From: a virus
Length of the DNA: 33,203 nucleotides
Strand: one strand, 5' to 3'
Virus genome (UHGV): UHGV-0162190
Made by a program: the position numbers and the translations under genes. A model generated the notes under the pieces. It worked only from the letters and a program-made list of their open reading frames with translations, did not search any database and was not told the DNA's origin. Below are positions 18,306 to 27,100 of the stretch, piece by piece; position 1 is the stretch's first letter; each line of letters starts with the position of its first letter.

Positions 18306-18404
18306 GACTACCTCTGAAAAGTCGGGCGGTGGACGCCGGTGCAGTGTCAGGTGATTCACCCTCACTGACCGGCGTGCCGCCCTGGCGCGGGGCGCATTTG
18401 GTTG

Positions 18405-19148
18405 TTAACTGGCTTTCTTTTTCGGGCGTCCACGTTTTGCCGGTGTCACGCTCCGGGTCTTACGCGGGGTACGGGTGGCCGCTTTTGGCTGCGGCTCCGG
18501 CTTCGGTTTCAGCTCCCGCTCCAGTCGTTCAATCTCTTTTTTGACGCCTGCCTGACAGTCGAGCTGTGTCGCACGTTGCAGGTGAGCCAGCGCACCGGCG
18601 GCATCACCGGCGTCACGCAGAAACAGACCGGTGATTTTGTGCAGCTTTGCGCGCACTTCATCAGGCATGTCAGCCGTGGCGGTCAGTTCAAGGGTGTCCG
18701 TCAGCAGGCGGGTATCCACGGATTCACCGGCAGCGTGAGCGCGCATGGCCGCAAGCGCCACCTCCTCGGTGAACATGTACGGCGGGGTACGGCGGTGTTT
18801 ACCCGGCATGGTCAGACCGTACTTCAGGGCATAACGGGCAATCTCCAGCGCACCGGCAATATCGCCGGTATCCAGACGCCACAGCATGACCGTCATCAGA
18901 ATGTCATCCTGTGCGCCTTTGCCCTGCTCCAGCACGCCGTTCACCCACGGCAACCAGAACGGCAGCAGTTCGCGTTTTTTCGCGGCCTTCAGCTCTTTTG
19001 AATAAATCGCTTTCAGTGTGCGCTGGTCTGCGGCCAGCTTGACCAGCATCTGCTCATAGACAGTTGCATGTCGCAGCGGGGCGGCTTCCCGCTGCGCGGT
19101 CATCGCTGCCGAGACCCGCATCATGTGGCGCTGTGCGGGACTCGTCAT
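18405..19148 (-). CDS. M: Terminase small subunit gpM
   Basis: 247-aa ORF between N and L with a basic C-terminal tail. Confidence 0.8.
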   Translation of the reverse strand: MTSPAQRHMMRVSAAMTAQREAAPLRHATVYEQMLVKLAADQRTLKAIYSKELKAAKKRELLPFWLPWVNGVLEQGKGAQDDILMTVMLWRLDTGDIAGALEIARYALKYGLTMPGKHRRTPPYMFTEEVALAAMRAHAAGESVDTRLLTDTLELTATADMPDEVRAKLHKITGLFLRDAGDAAGALAHLQRATQLDCQAGVKKEIERLERELKPKPEPQPKAATRTPRKTRSVTPAKRGRPKKKAS

Positions 19149-19151
19149 CGG

Positions 19152-20225
19152 TTACGCTCCCGGCTCTGCGGTCGCCTTAGCCGGTGTGGAGAAATCACCG
19201 ACCTTAATTTTTTCCACCAGGCAACCGGCGGCGTAGTCTTCCACCACGTAATCAATATTCATTGACTCGTAGTTCTCCACGCGGTCGAGTTTCGGGTTTT
19301 CCTCAATCACGCGGCGATGGCTGTCATCCATGTAGTAGATGGACAGGTTTTCCAGCTTCGTGATGAGCATCGCATCCGCCGGGAAGTACGGGACGCGTAC
19401 CGCCGGCAGGTTGCCGATGCGCTTCTGGCTGATGATGACGTCAGCGGCCAGCATTTCGCTGTTGTCCTGCTCCTTGTTAACGATGGGGAAATACTTGTCC
19501 GCCAGTAGCTGACGCCCCACAATCACCACAAGGTCAGGGTCTTCCTGATACCACGGTTCAATCAGGTTGTTGGTCGCATCCATCACCAGTGCGTCGAGGC
19601 TTACATAATCACCGCCCTTACCCACGCGGATAACCTCAGAGGTGGTGTGCCCTTCCTCGTCAGTGACCTTGCTCATCACGCGCGCCGGGGCTTCATTGCG
19701 GTATTTCTGCAGCCAGCCGACCGCCACATCCTGCAGCATCGGATTACTGTTGCGGTCAGAGGTTTCGGCACGCTTCACACCGTTAAAACCGGCCATGATG
19801 AAATCAAGGGACTGGCGTTTGATAATGGCGTTACGGATACGGAGCTGGAAATCCTGATAACGTGCCCACAGGTCAAGCGTTTTGTAGCGGATATAAAAAT
19901 CGAAGTTAATCTGGTCGCATTCGTACTTGTTTGACGCCAGCTTCGAGAAGTCCTTCGGCTGACGCTCGGTGCCACCGGCAGTGTCGGTGGTGCTGGCGAT
20001 TGAGCCGGTGACACCGATACCAATTTTTTCCCCTTTCATTTCGCTGACCGGCACAATGTTGATGCGGGTCAGAAAATCAGAGGACTCCTGCATGGTGTTC
20101 ATCAGGGTCTGGGTGACCGACGGTTCAACGGTGAATTTTTTCGACACATCACCGGCGTCGATGCCGTTCAGTTCGGCAACACGGGACAGGTAGGCATTAA
20201 ATTTAAAGCGGGTTTCCTGGCGCAT
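19152..20225 (-). CDS. N: Major capsid protein gpN
   Basis: 357-aa ORF downstream of scaffold O. Confidence 0.9.
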   Translation of the reverse strand: MRQETRFKFNAYLSRVAELNGIDAGDVSKKFTVEPSVTQTLMNTMQESSDFLTRINIVPVSEMKGEKIGIGVTGSIASTTDTAGGTERQPKDFSKLASNKYECDQINFDFYIRYKTLDLWARYQDFQLRIRNAIIKRQSLDFIMAGFNGVKRAETSDRNSNPMLQDVAVGWLQKYRNEAPARVMSKVTDEEGHTTSEVIRVGKGGDYVSLDALVMDATNNLIEPWYQEDPDLVVIVGRQLLADKYFPIVNKEQDNSEMLAADVIISQKRIGNLPAVRVPYFPADAMLITKLENLSIYYMDDSHRRVIEENPKLDRVENYESMNIDYVVEDYAAGCLVEKIKVGDFSTPAKATAEPGA

Positions 20226-20283
20226 AGTTTTTCCTGAAATTAAGGGTTAATCGTGAAGGTTTTCCCGGACTGGCTGACGCCGG

Positions 20284-21138
20284 TCAGCAGTTCGTCATCA
20301 GGGCGTCACCGCCACCGCCGGTGGCCTTGCTGCGGCGCTGCTGGGTCAGACTTTCGGTGTGGTCGAGACTGTTTTTCAGGCGGGTGAATGCCTGGCTGGT
20401 TTCATCCGCCCTGTCAGTCACCTCCTGCTTAAGTGCGGAAAAGGCAGTTTCCATCTCAGCGAGGCGCTGCTCAGTGGCGCTCAGTTTTTCCTGCACATGT
20501 TCAGCAACAGCGGTCACCGCTTCATGCACGTCATTCAGACGGGCGTCATCGCTGGCCTGTTTGCGGCCAAAAATGGATTTCACCTTTTCGGTCAGGGCGG
20601 TGAACACGGTTTCAGGCAGGTCTTCAAATTCCAGCTCAACGGGCGTTGCCACTGAAATCAGGTTTTCAGGGCTTAATTTGAAGCGGTTCAGGGGGTTGTG
20701 TTTTGCCGTGCGGCAGAATTCCAGGTATTCCGTGCCGAGGCTTGCCGGGTCATCGGTGACGGCCAGCCCCACCAGATAACATTTGCCGGTGTTGGCAAAG
20801 TTCGGCTGAATTTCCATTGAGGTGTAGACCTTCTGCGCGGCCTTGTTCATCGCGATAAGGTCATCGGTCGGGGTGATTTTCGCAAACAGCGCCCATTTGC
20901 CTTTCAGCGCCGAATCATCGTCAATCTTTTCGGCCTTCAGTTCGGCCACATCGCCATAACGCTTAAAAATACCGTCAGGCAGGATGCCGCGCAGATGTTC
21001 CAGGTTAATGCGGCAACCATAGACACGCGGGTCAAAGGTTTCGGCCATTTCCTGAATATCCTGCGCACTGATGACACGCCCGTCACAGGTGTCACCCTCA
21101 ACGCCGATACGAAAGAATTTTGAGACTTTTTTTGCCAT
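20284..21138 (-). CDS. O: Capsid scaffolding protein gpO
   Basis: ORF 20284-21204 trimmed to the in-frame ATG (MAKKVSKF...), giving 284 aa as in P2 O; divergent from P. Confidence 0.8.
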   Translation of the reverse strand: MAKKVSKFFRIGVEGDTCDGRVISAQDIQEMAETFDPRVYGCRINLEHLRGILPDGIFKRYGDVAELKAEKIDDDSALKGKWALFAKITPTDDLIAMNKAAQKVYTSMEIQPNFANTGKCYLVGLAVTDDPASLGTEYLEFCRTAKHNPLNRFKLSPENLISVATPVELEFEDLPETVFTALTEKVKSIFGRKQASDDARLNDVHEAVTAVAEHVQEKLSATEQRLAEMETAFSALKQEVTDRADETSQAFTRLKNSLDHTESLTQQRRSKATGGGGDALMTNC

Positions 21139-21311
21139 TGTCAGGAGTCCTGAATAGTGATTAGAGGAGTCACATGTCGGCATCAGTTTCCCGACGATGC
21201 GCATCCTCCGCCATCAGTCCCGGATGGCTTATCACTGACACAACAGCACCTTAGCGAATCGCGGGGCGCGACTCAGTAGCCTTGCCGTGTATTCATCACG
21301 GCGAGGTATTC
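21139..21311. promoter_or_regulatory. Divergent late-promoter region between O and P
   Basis: Intergenic region between the divergent capsid (O) and terminase (P) operons. In P2 this region holds the Ogr-activated PO and PP promoters. I did not find an unambiguous TGT-N12-ACA activator site by eye. Confidence 0.4.
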
Positions 21312-23084
21312 ATGACCATCACCACAGACACCACTCTTTTACACGACCCGCGTCGTCAGGCGGCGCTGCTGTACTGGCAGGGGTTTTCCGTGCCGCAGAT
21401 TGCCGCCATGTTGCAGATGAAACGCCCGACGGTGCAGAGCTGGAAACAGCGCGACGGCTGGGACAGCGTTGCCCCCATCAGCCGTGTCGAAATGAGCCTG
21501 GAAGCGCGGCTGACCCAGCTCATCATCAAACCGCAGAAAACCGGCGGTGACTTCAAGGAAATTGACCTGCTCGGACGCCAGATTGAACGACTGGCACGGG
21601 TAAACCGTTACAGTCAGACCGGCAACGAGGCAGACCTTAATCCGAACGTCGCTAACCGCAACAAAGGCGGGCGGCGCAAACCGAAAAAGAATTTTTTCAG
21701 TGACGAGGCCATCGAAAAGCTGGAGCAGATTTTCTTTGAGCAGTCTTTCGACTATCAGTTGCACTGGTATCGCGCCGGGCTTGAGCACCGCATCCGCGAT
21801 ATCCTGAAATCCCGCCAGATTGGTGCAACGTTTTATTTTTCCCGCGAGGCGCTACTGCGCGCCCTGAAAACCGGTCATAACCAGATTTTTCTGTCGGCCA
21901 GTAAAACGCAGGCGTATGTGTTCCGCGAATACATCATCGCCTTTGCCCGTCTGGTTGACGTTGACCTGACCGGTGACCCGATTGTCCTGGGCAATAACGG
22001 CGCAAAACTGATTTTTCTCGGCACCAACTCCAACACCGCACAGAGCCATAACGGCGACCTGTACGTCGACGAGATTTTCTGGATCCCGAATTTTCAGGTA
22101 CTGCGTAAGGTGGCATCAGGTATGGCCTCACAGAGTCACCTGCGCTCAACCTATTTCTCCACCCCGTCCACGCTGGCGCACGACGCCTACCCGTTCTGGT
22201 CGGGTGAACTGTTTAACCGGGGACGCGCCAGCGCCGCCGAACGCGTGGAAATCGACGTCAGTCATAACGCCCTTGCCGGTGGGCTTCTCTGTGCGGACGG
22301 CCAGTGGCGGCAGATTGTCACCATTGAGGACGCGCTGAAAGGCGGCTGCACGCTGTTCGACATTGAGCAGCTCAAACGCGAAAACAGCGCCGACGATTTT
22401 AAAAACCTGTTCATGTGTGAATTTGTTGACGACAAGGCGTCGGTGTTCCCGTTCGAGGAGCTGCAACGCTGCATGGTCGACACGCTGGAAGAATGGGAAG
22501 ACTATGCACCCTTTGCCGCCAATCCGTTCGGCTCCCGCCCGGTATGGATTGGTTACGACCCGTCACACCGTGGCGACAGCGCCGGATGCGTGGTGCTGGC
22601 ACCGCCGGTGGTGGCCGGTGGCAAATTCAGAATACTTGAGCGTCACCAGTGGAAAGGCATGGACTTTGCCACCCAGGCGGAATCCATCCGCAAACTCACC
22701 GAAAAATATAACGTCGAATACATCGGTATTGATGCCACCGGCCTCGGTGTCGGCGTGTTCCAGCTCGTGCGCTCGTTCTATCCCGCCGCGCGCGATATCC
22801 GCTACACACCGGAAATGAAAACCGCAATGGTGCTCAAGGCAAAAGACGTCATCCGCCGTGGCTGTCTGGAATATGACGTCAGCGCCACCGACATCACCAG
22901 CTCGTTTATGGCTATCCGCAAGACCATGACCAGCAGCGGACGCAGCGCCACCTATGAGGCCAGCCGCAGCGAGGAAGCCAGCCACGCCGACCTCGCCTGG
23001 GCGACCATGCACGCCCTGTTAAATGAGCCACTCACCGCCGGTATCAGCACCCCGCTGACATCCACCATTCTGGAGTTTTACTGA
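21312..23084 (+). CDS. P: Terminase large subunit (ATPase/nuclease) gpP
   Basis: ORF 21282-23084 trimmed to the first ATG (MTITTDTT...), which has a GAGGT Shine-Dalgarno, giving 590 aa as in P2 P. Confidence 0.9.
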   Translation: MTITTDTTLLHDPRRQAALLYWQGFSVPQIAAMLQMKRPTVQSWKQRDGWDSVAPISRVEMSLEARLTQLIIKPQKTGGDFKEIDLLGRQIERLARVNRYSQTGNEADLNPNVANRNKGGRRKPKKNFFSDEAIEKLEQIFFEQSFDYQLHWYRAGLEHRIRDILKSRQIGATFYFSREALLRALKTGHNQIFLSASKTQAYVFREYIIAFARLVDVDLTGDPIVLGNNGAKLIFLGTNSNTAQSHNGDLYVDEIFWIPNFQVLRKVASGMASQSHLRSTYFSTPSTLAHDAYPFWSGELFNRGRASAAERVEIDVSHNALAGGLLCADGQWRQIVTIEDALKGGCTLFDIEQLKRENSADDFKNLFMCEFVDDKASVFPFEELQRCMVDTLEEWEDYAPFAANPFGSRPVWIGYDPSHRGDSAGCVVLAPPVVAGGKFRILERHQWKGMDFATQAESIRKLTEKYNVEYIGIDATGLGVGVFQLVRSFYPAARDIRYTPEMKTAMVLKAKDVIRRGCLEYDVSATDITSSFMAIRKTMTSSGRSATYEASRSEEASHADLAWATMHALLNEPLTAGISTPLTSTILEFY

Positions 23085-24118
23085 TGAGCAAGAAAAAAGG
23101 GAAAACACCGCGACCTGCGGCAAAAAAAATGACTGCCAGCGCCCCGAAAATGGAGGCATTCACCTTTGGTGAGCCGGTGCCGGTACTCGACCGCCGTGAT
23201 ATTCTGGATTACGTCGAGTGCATCAGTAACGGCAGATGGTATGAGCCACCGGTCAGCTTTACCGGTCTGGCAAAAAGCCTGCGTGCTGCCGTGCATCACA
23301 GCTCACCGATTTACGTCAAACGTAATATTCTGGCTTCAACGTTTATCCCGCACCCGTGGCTTTCCCAGCAGGATTTCAGCCGCTTTGTGCTGGATTTTCT
23401 GGTGTTCGGTAATGCGTTTCTGGAAAAGCGCTACAGCACCACCGGTAAGGTCATCAGACTGGAAACCTCACCGGCAAAATATACCCGCCGTGGCGTGGAG
23501 GAGGATGTTTACTGGTGGGTGCCGTCCTTCAACGAGCCGACATCTTTCGCGCCCGGCTCCGTGTTTCACCTGCTGGAGCCGGATATCAATCAGGAGCTGT
23601 ACGGCCTGCCGGAATATCTCAGCGCCCTTAATTCTGCCTGGCTGAATGAGTCGGCCACGCTGTTCCGCCGCAAGTATTACGAAAACGGCGCTCATGCCGG
23701 ATACATCATGTACGTCACCGATGCCGTGCAGGATCGCAACGATATCGAAATGCTCCGCGAAAACATGGTGAAGTCGAAAGGCCGCAACAACTTTAAAAAT
23801 CTGTTTCTCTACGCCCCACAGGGAAAAGCCGACGGCATTAAAATTATCCCGCTCAGTGAAGTGGCAACGAAGGACGATTTTTTTAATATCAAAAAAGCCA
23901 GCGCCGCTGACCTGCTGGACGCGCACCGCATCCCCTTTCAGTTGATGGGCGGCAAGCCGGAGAACGTCGGGTCGCTGGGTGATATTGAGAAAGTGGCAAA
24001 GGTCTTTGTCCGCAATGAGCTTATCCCGCTACAGGACAGGATCCGCGAGATAAACGGCTGGCTCGGTCAGGAGGTCATCCGCTTTAAAAACTACTCACTG
24101 GACACTGACAACGGCTGA
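23084..24118 (+). CDS. Q: Portal protein gpQ
   Basis: 344-aa ORF; its start overlaps the P stop (TGATGA); last gene before cos. Confidence 0.9.
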   Translation: MSKKKGKTPRPAAKKMTASAPKMEAFTFGEPVPVLDRRDILDYVECISNGRWYEPPVSFTGLAKSLRAAVHHSSPIYVKRNILASTFIPHPWLSQQDFSRFVLDFLVFGNAFLEKRYSTTGKVIRLETSPAKYTRRGVEEDVYWWVPSFNEPTSFAPGSVFHLLEPDINQELYGLPEYLSALNSAWLNESATLFRRKYYENGAHAGYIMYVTDAVQDRNDIEMLRENMVKSKGRNNFKNLFLYAPQGKADGIKIIPLSEVATKDDFFNIKKASAADLLDAHRIPFQLMGGKPENVGSLGDIEKVAKVFVRNELIPLQDRIREINGWLGQEVIRFKNYSLDTDNG

Positions 24119-24123
24119 ACATC

Positions 24124-24145
24124 GCCGCCTGCGGGCGGCTTTTTT
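24124..24145 (+). terminator. Rho-independent terminator of the P-Q operon
   Basis: GCCGCC-TGCG-GGCGGC hairpin followed by a run of T residues, about 6 nt after the Q stop. Confidence 0.65.
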
Positions 24146-24286
24146 ACAACCCGCCATCACGCCCTCACACGCTCACCACCGCGCAAAACAGCCCGCAGAC
24201 ACACCGACGCCCAGGCAGGCCAAGTAAACGCCTTCACGACGCGCTCAGACGCTGAAAAAATAAAATCAGCACCACCGCCAGCGCGC

Positions 24287-24305
24287 AGTGCTTTCCCCGC
24301 CTCGC
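24287..24305. other. cos: cos cohesive-end site (P2-type 19-nt sequence)
   Basis: GTGCTTTCCCCGCCTCGCC is the exact reverse complement of the P2 cohesive end GGCGAGGCGGGGAAAGCAC as I recall it; it lies just downstream of Q, as expected. Confidence 0.8.
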
Positions 24306-24455
24306 CCGCCCGCTTCATGAAGCGGTTTGAATGCAGTTGTATACCGACGCAGACTTCCTGCCAGTTCTAGCTACTCATAACAAAAAAAAACATTACAGAT
24401 GAATGCAAAATCATGCAACTAATGAAGGCGTACAGGCTAGGTGAGAAAATAAATG

Positions 24456-25256
24456 CTATTTCATCAGTCCTATAAAAGCTGCTGTCATGCTACCCAATGC
24501 ACCAATAGCAGCAAATAACGTTGCCCAAAACATGCTTTTTTGGCTACGAATATTCTCATTATATCGTTGTTCTTCATTATTGAAGTGATTTAACGTATTA
24601 ATTGCTTTTCCAGTGGGCTTATAACCATCTCGAGTCTTTGAAATGTCCCCACTCTCTACAAGGGAATCCAGACATAAGCGAAGTTCTTTTATGAGTCGAG
24701 AATAATCATCATGGTAGATCCATAAACGTCCTGCCACATCATTCATAATTAGAGTCTCACTGAATGGTTTTTCCCCTTGCTGCTCTCGATAAATTCTGAC
24801 AATTGCAGCCAATACCGTCATTACATCGGTTATCTCCTGCTTGCGTTGTCGATACAAATACTTCTCACGACTTAGCTTTTTATTTTGACGATTCGCTATT
24901 CTTCTAAATCTAAGCACATTAAAAAAAGATAAGTCGTCCAATGAGTCAAACTTCAATTCATGCGCATGATAATAATAAATTCCAGAAAAGGAATTTGATG
25001 TAAGTCGTTCTGGTTTAAGAATTGTATCAATATTGAAAGTTTTATTCTGATGATTCCACTTCTTAACCTTTATAATTCCGTTTGAATAACTATCAAAAAG
25101 ATAGTCATTACCCTCGTCATCCTTAATGTAAACGGAATACATATCGTAATGAATGGCACTCTCATACATTAAACTAATTTTGCCATTTTCAGGAGTCTTC
25201 TTTGACTCAAAAACTTTTAGAAACTTTACAACATCAACTTTATTTTTATACCTCAT
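24456..25256 (-). CDS. Hypothetical C-terminally membrane-anchored protein (266 aa); candidate effector of the RT cassette or an independent defence gene
   Basis: AT-rich ORF with an AAGG Shine-Dalgarno. Soluble N-terminal domain of about 240 aa, then a single C-terminal hydrophobic helix (FWATLFAAIGALGSMTAAFIGL). Lies 165 nt downstream of the RT on the same strand. Confidence 0.6.
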   Translation of the reverse strand: MRYKNKVDVVKFLKVFESKKTPENGKISLMYESAIHYDMYSVYIKDDEGNDYLFDSYSNGIIKVKKWNHQNKTFNIDTILKPERLTSNSFSGIYYYHAHELKFDSLDDLSFFNVLRFRRIANRQNKKLSREKYLYRQRKQEITDVMTVLAAIVRIYREQQGEKPFSETLIMNDVAGRLWIYHDDYSRLIKELRLCLDSLVESGDISKTRDGYKPTGKAINTLNHFNNEEQRYNENIRSQKSMFWATLFAAIGALGSMTAAFIGLMK

Positions 25257-25324
25257 ACATTCAGCCTTGACTGTAAACCACCATATTAAATTATTGCACT
25301 AACGACTCGTACCACTTATTGTTC

Positions 25325-25367
25325 AACCCAGTCAGAATTGAAAGCAAACTTCTGCACTAACTGGGTT
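25325..25367 (-). other. Structured element between the RT gene and the downstream membrane-protein gene
   Basis: 8-bp outer stem (AACCCAGT / ACTGGGTT) enclosing a 5-bp inner stem (CAGAA / TTCTG). No U-tract. Read directly from the sequence. Confidence 0.35.
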
Positions 25368-25421
25368 ACCATCATAATATATCGATACTAATAAAATCCG
25401 ATATCATTATATTTTAGTGTA

Positions 25422-26372
25422 TTAAACCGATGTATTTGCTTTCAACGTCAATACTTTCGATCTGTAACGTTTTTCAATAACCCCCATTGAATATAAACGA
25501 CCAAATAATTTCTTTGCTGTTCTTGTATCTTTAGCTTGTTCTACATCTTTTATTATTTTCCAAAGCTCTATTTCTCTAGCCATAAGATAATGCTGTTCGT
25601 TCCTAACCTTTAAGCTATCCCCAAATACTATAACTCCTGTCACCAGTTTAGGCTTATCCCCAGCATATAATTTCGTTTTAGTTGGATGCATCACGTGTCC
25701 ATGCTTATTAATAATCTTACGAATCACGCTGCAAAACAATCGATTTACATTATCTCCAGAAAAAGTAAGATCATCGACATAAACTGTCATTTTCACACGA
25801 AACTTCTCACAAAGTTGATTCATTTCATCAAACATTCTGGAATTTGCAAAATATGCTAATGGCATACTAATCCGACTACCCGTTGGCAATCGTTCATGAC
25901 AGGTACATATATGAGATAAAATATCAGCCACATCTGGCGACATTTTCATTATTGAGAAAAAGAAAGAAAATATCATTTCTCTTGTTGTTGACGGAAAAAA
26001 AGATTTAATATCTGTAGTCATCAACTTCTGATGATTGAGATGTGCTTTAGCATTTGTTATGTTAGAGCAACTTTTTTTACCAGAGTGCAAATACTCTGGC
26101 ATAGCTATACGCAATAATAAACTCGCAATACGTGTATGCACTACATCTAATTTTTCTAAAGGCTTTTGTATTTTCCGTATTTTATTTTTTTTAGAAAGCT
26201 GTTCAAAAATAGAGTAATTACCCTCATCCCTCTTCAAAGCTGATAGATCATTGATACTAACGCAGAGCAAGTTAGCCAACTTTTTTTTACTTTTAAGTTT
26301 ATAAAGTGGCGAATCCGTAATAGGATAAGATTTATTTTTAGTTGAAACCTTCAGTTTAATCCTTTTTTTCAT
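25422..26372 (-). CDS. Reverse transcriptase, retron-type (316 aa)
   Basis: Motifs in order: K-rich finger motif (SKKNKIRKIQKP); NAKAH (retron NAxxH) followed by DIKSFFPS; LPTGSRISMPLAYFAN; catalytic YVDDLTFSG; HPTKTKLY; and KLVTGVIV (retron VTG motif). Small size, no maturase or endonuclease domain. ATG overlaps the upstream HTH gene. Confidence 0.88.
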   Translation of the reverse strand: MKKRIKLKVSTKNKSYPITDSPLYKLKSKKKLANLLCVSINDLSALKRDEGNYSIFEQLSKKNKIRKIQKPLEKLDVVHTRIASLLLRIAMPEYLHSGKKSCSNITNAKAHLNHQKLMTTDIKSFFPSTTREMIFSFFFSIMKMSPDVADILSHICTCHERLPTGSRISMPLAYFANSRMFDEMNQLCEKFRVKMTVYVDDLTFSGDNVNRLFCSVIRKIINKHGHVMHPTKTKLYAGDKPKLVTGVIVFGDSLKVRNEQHYLMAREIELWKIIKDVEQAKDTRTAKKLFGRLYSMGVIEKRYRSKVLTLKANTSV

Positions 26373-26658
26373 TTCTTTTACTTACCCACTCTAGTATATC
26401 CAGAACTTTCCCTGCCAGTTTTAAACGTAAACTTTTGGATAACCGTCCTTGTGTCCCTAATGATTCTGAAAAAAAGACTAAAGAGGATACTGGCATGTCG
26501 AAATGGGAAGCATAACGCTGTAAAATATCAATCGACGGCACCCATAGTCCGCTTTCAATCTCTACTATTCTGCTTTTTGGAATACCTAAAGATGATGATA
26601 AGTCAACTATTGATTCTTTATGGTATTGCCTTATTAAACGAAGGGCTTTATGCAACAT
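26356..26658 (-). CDS. XRE-family helix-turn-helix protein (about 100 aa), translationally coupled to the RT
   Basis: HTH signature ...ESIVDLSSSLGIPKSRIVEIESGLWVPSIDILQRYASHF. Start set at the second ATG, which has a GGAG Shine-Dalgarno (the first ATG is at 26670). Its 3' end overlaps the RT start. Confidence 0.75.
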   Translation of the reverse strand: MLHKALRLIRQYHKESIVDLSSSLGIPKSRIVEIESGLWVPSIDILQRYASHFDMPVSSLVFFSESLGTQGRLSKSLRLKLAGKVLDILEWVSKRNEKKD

Positions 26659-26694
26659 AGGCAACTCCATCTTGTTGAAACTAGGGAGGACGCA

Positions 26695-26850
26695 TTACTC
26701 ATCTCCCCCTTCAAAGAAGTCAACTGCGCGAGTGATCCAATAAAGTAGTCTAATAAGCCACTTAATTACACCCCAAGCGTTAGGAGTCTTCTTTTTCCGG
26801 TTTAACTTGTTTTGCGCCTGCTGTTCGTTGGTTACTTTATCATTTTTCAT
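26695..26850 (-). CDS. Possible small protein (51 aa, MKNDKVTNEQQ...) with a hydrophobic C-terminus, upstream of the HTH gene
   Basis: Internal ATG of ORF 26695-26988 preceded by GGAGCAGG. Basic stretch followed by WGVIKWLIRLLYWI. The N-terminal part of the listed 97-aa ORF overlaps structured non-coding-like sequence and is probably not translated. Confidence 0.35.
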   Translation of the reverse strand: MKNDKVTNEQQAQNKLNRKKKTPNAWGVIKWLIRLLYWITRAVDFFEGGDE

Positions 26851-27100
26851 GACCTGCTCCTTATGTCCACGGTGTGCAAACGATATGTCTGCTCCAACAC
26901 CATGGCTCGCCCTCATAAGGATGAGATTGAACAGCACCAGCTCCCTGCTCCACGAACCCTTTGTCGCCCAAAGGGTTCGAATACCCATACGCTATACCGC
27001 TTGAATCAGAGACTCCTGTCGCTGACAGAGGCGTTGCGCGGGGTAAATGTTAGAAAGCATTAGCTTTCCACGGGCAATAAATACCCAATTGATGGCGATT
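26851..27100 (-). ncRNA. Candidate retron non-coding RNA (msr-msd) or structured leader of the RT operon; boundaries approximate
   Basis: Non-coding stretch upstream of the RT operon on the same strand. Perfect 11-bp GC-rich hairpin (CGAACCCTTTG-5 nt-CAAAGGGTTCG, about 26953-26979) plus further short stems (CTGTC-GCT-GACAG about 27015-27027; GAAAGC-ATTA-GCTTTC about 27054-27069). I could not identify a1/a2 flanking repeats by eye. Confidence 0.3.

Noticed and set aside
25422-26372. Alternative readings of the RT as a group II intron maturase-RT or an AbiA/AbiK/Abi-P2-type RT
   Set aside because: At 316 aa it is too small for those families as I know them, has no maturase, endonuclease or extended C-terminal domain, and carries the retron-typical NAxxH and VTG motifs. 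This needs confirming by profile search.
26851-26988. N-terminal half of the listed 97-aa ORF (26695-26988)
   Set aside because: It overlaps the GC-rich perfect hairpin and has no ribosome-binding site at its listed start, whereas the internal ATG at 26850 does. I treated the upstream part as non-coding RNA or leader.
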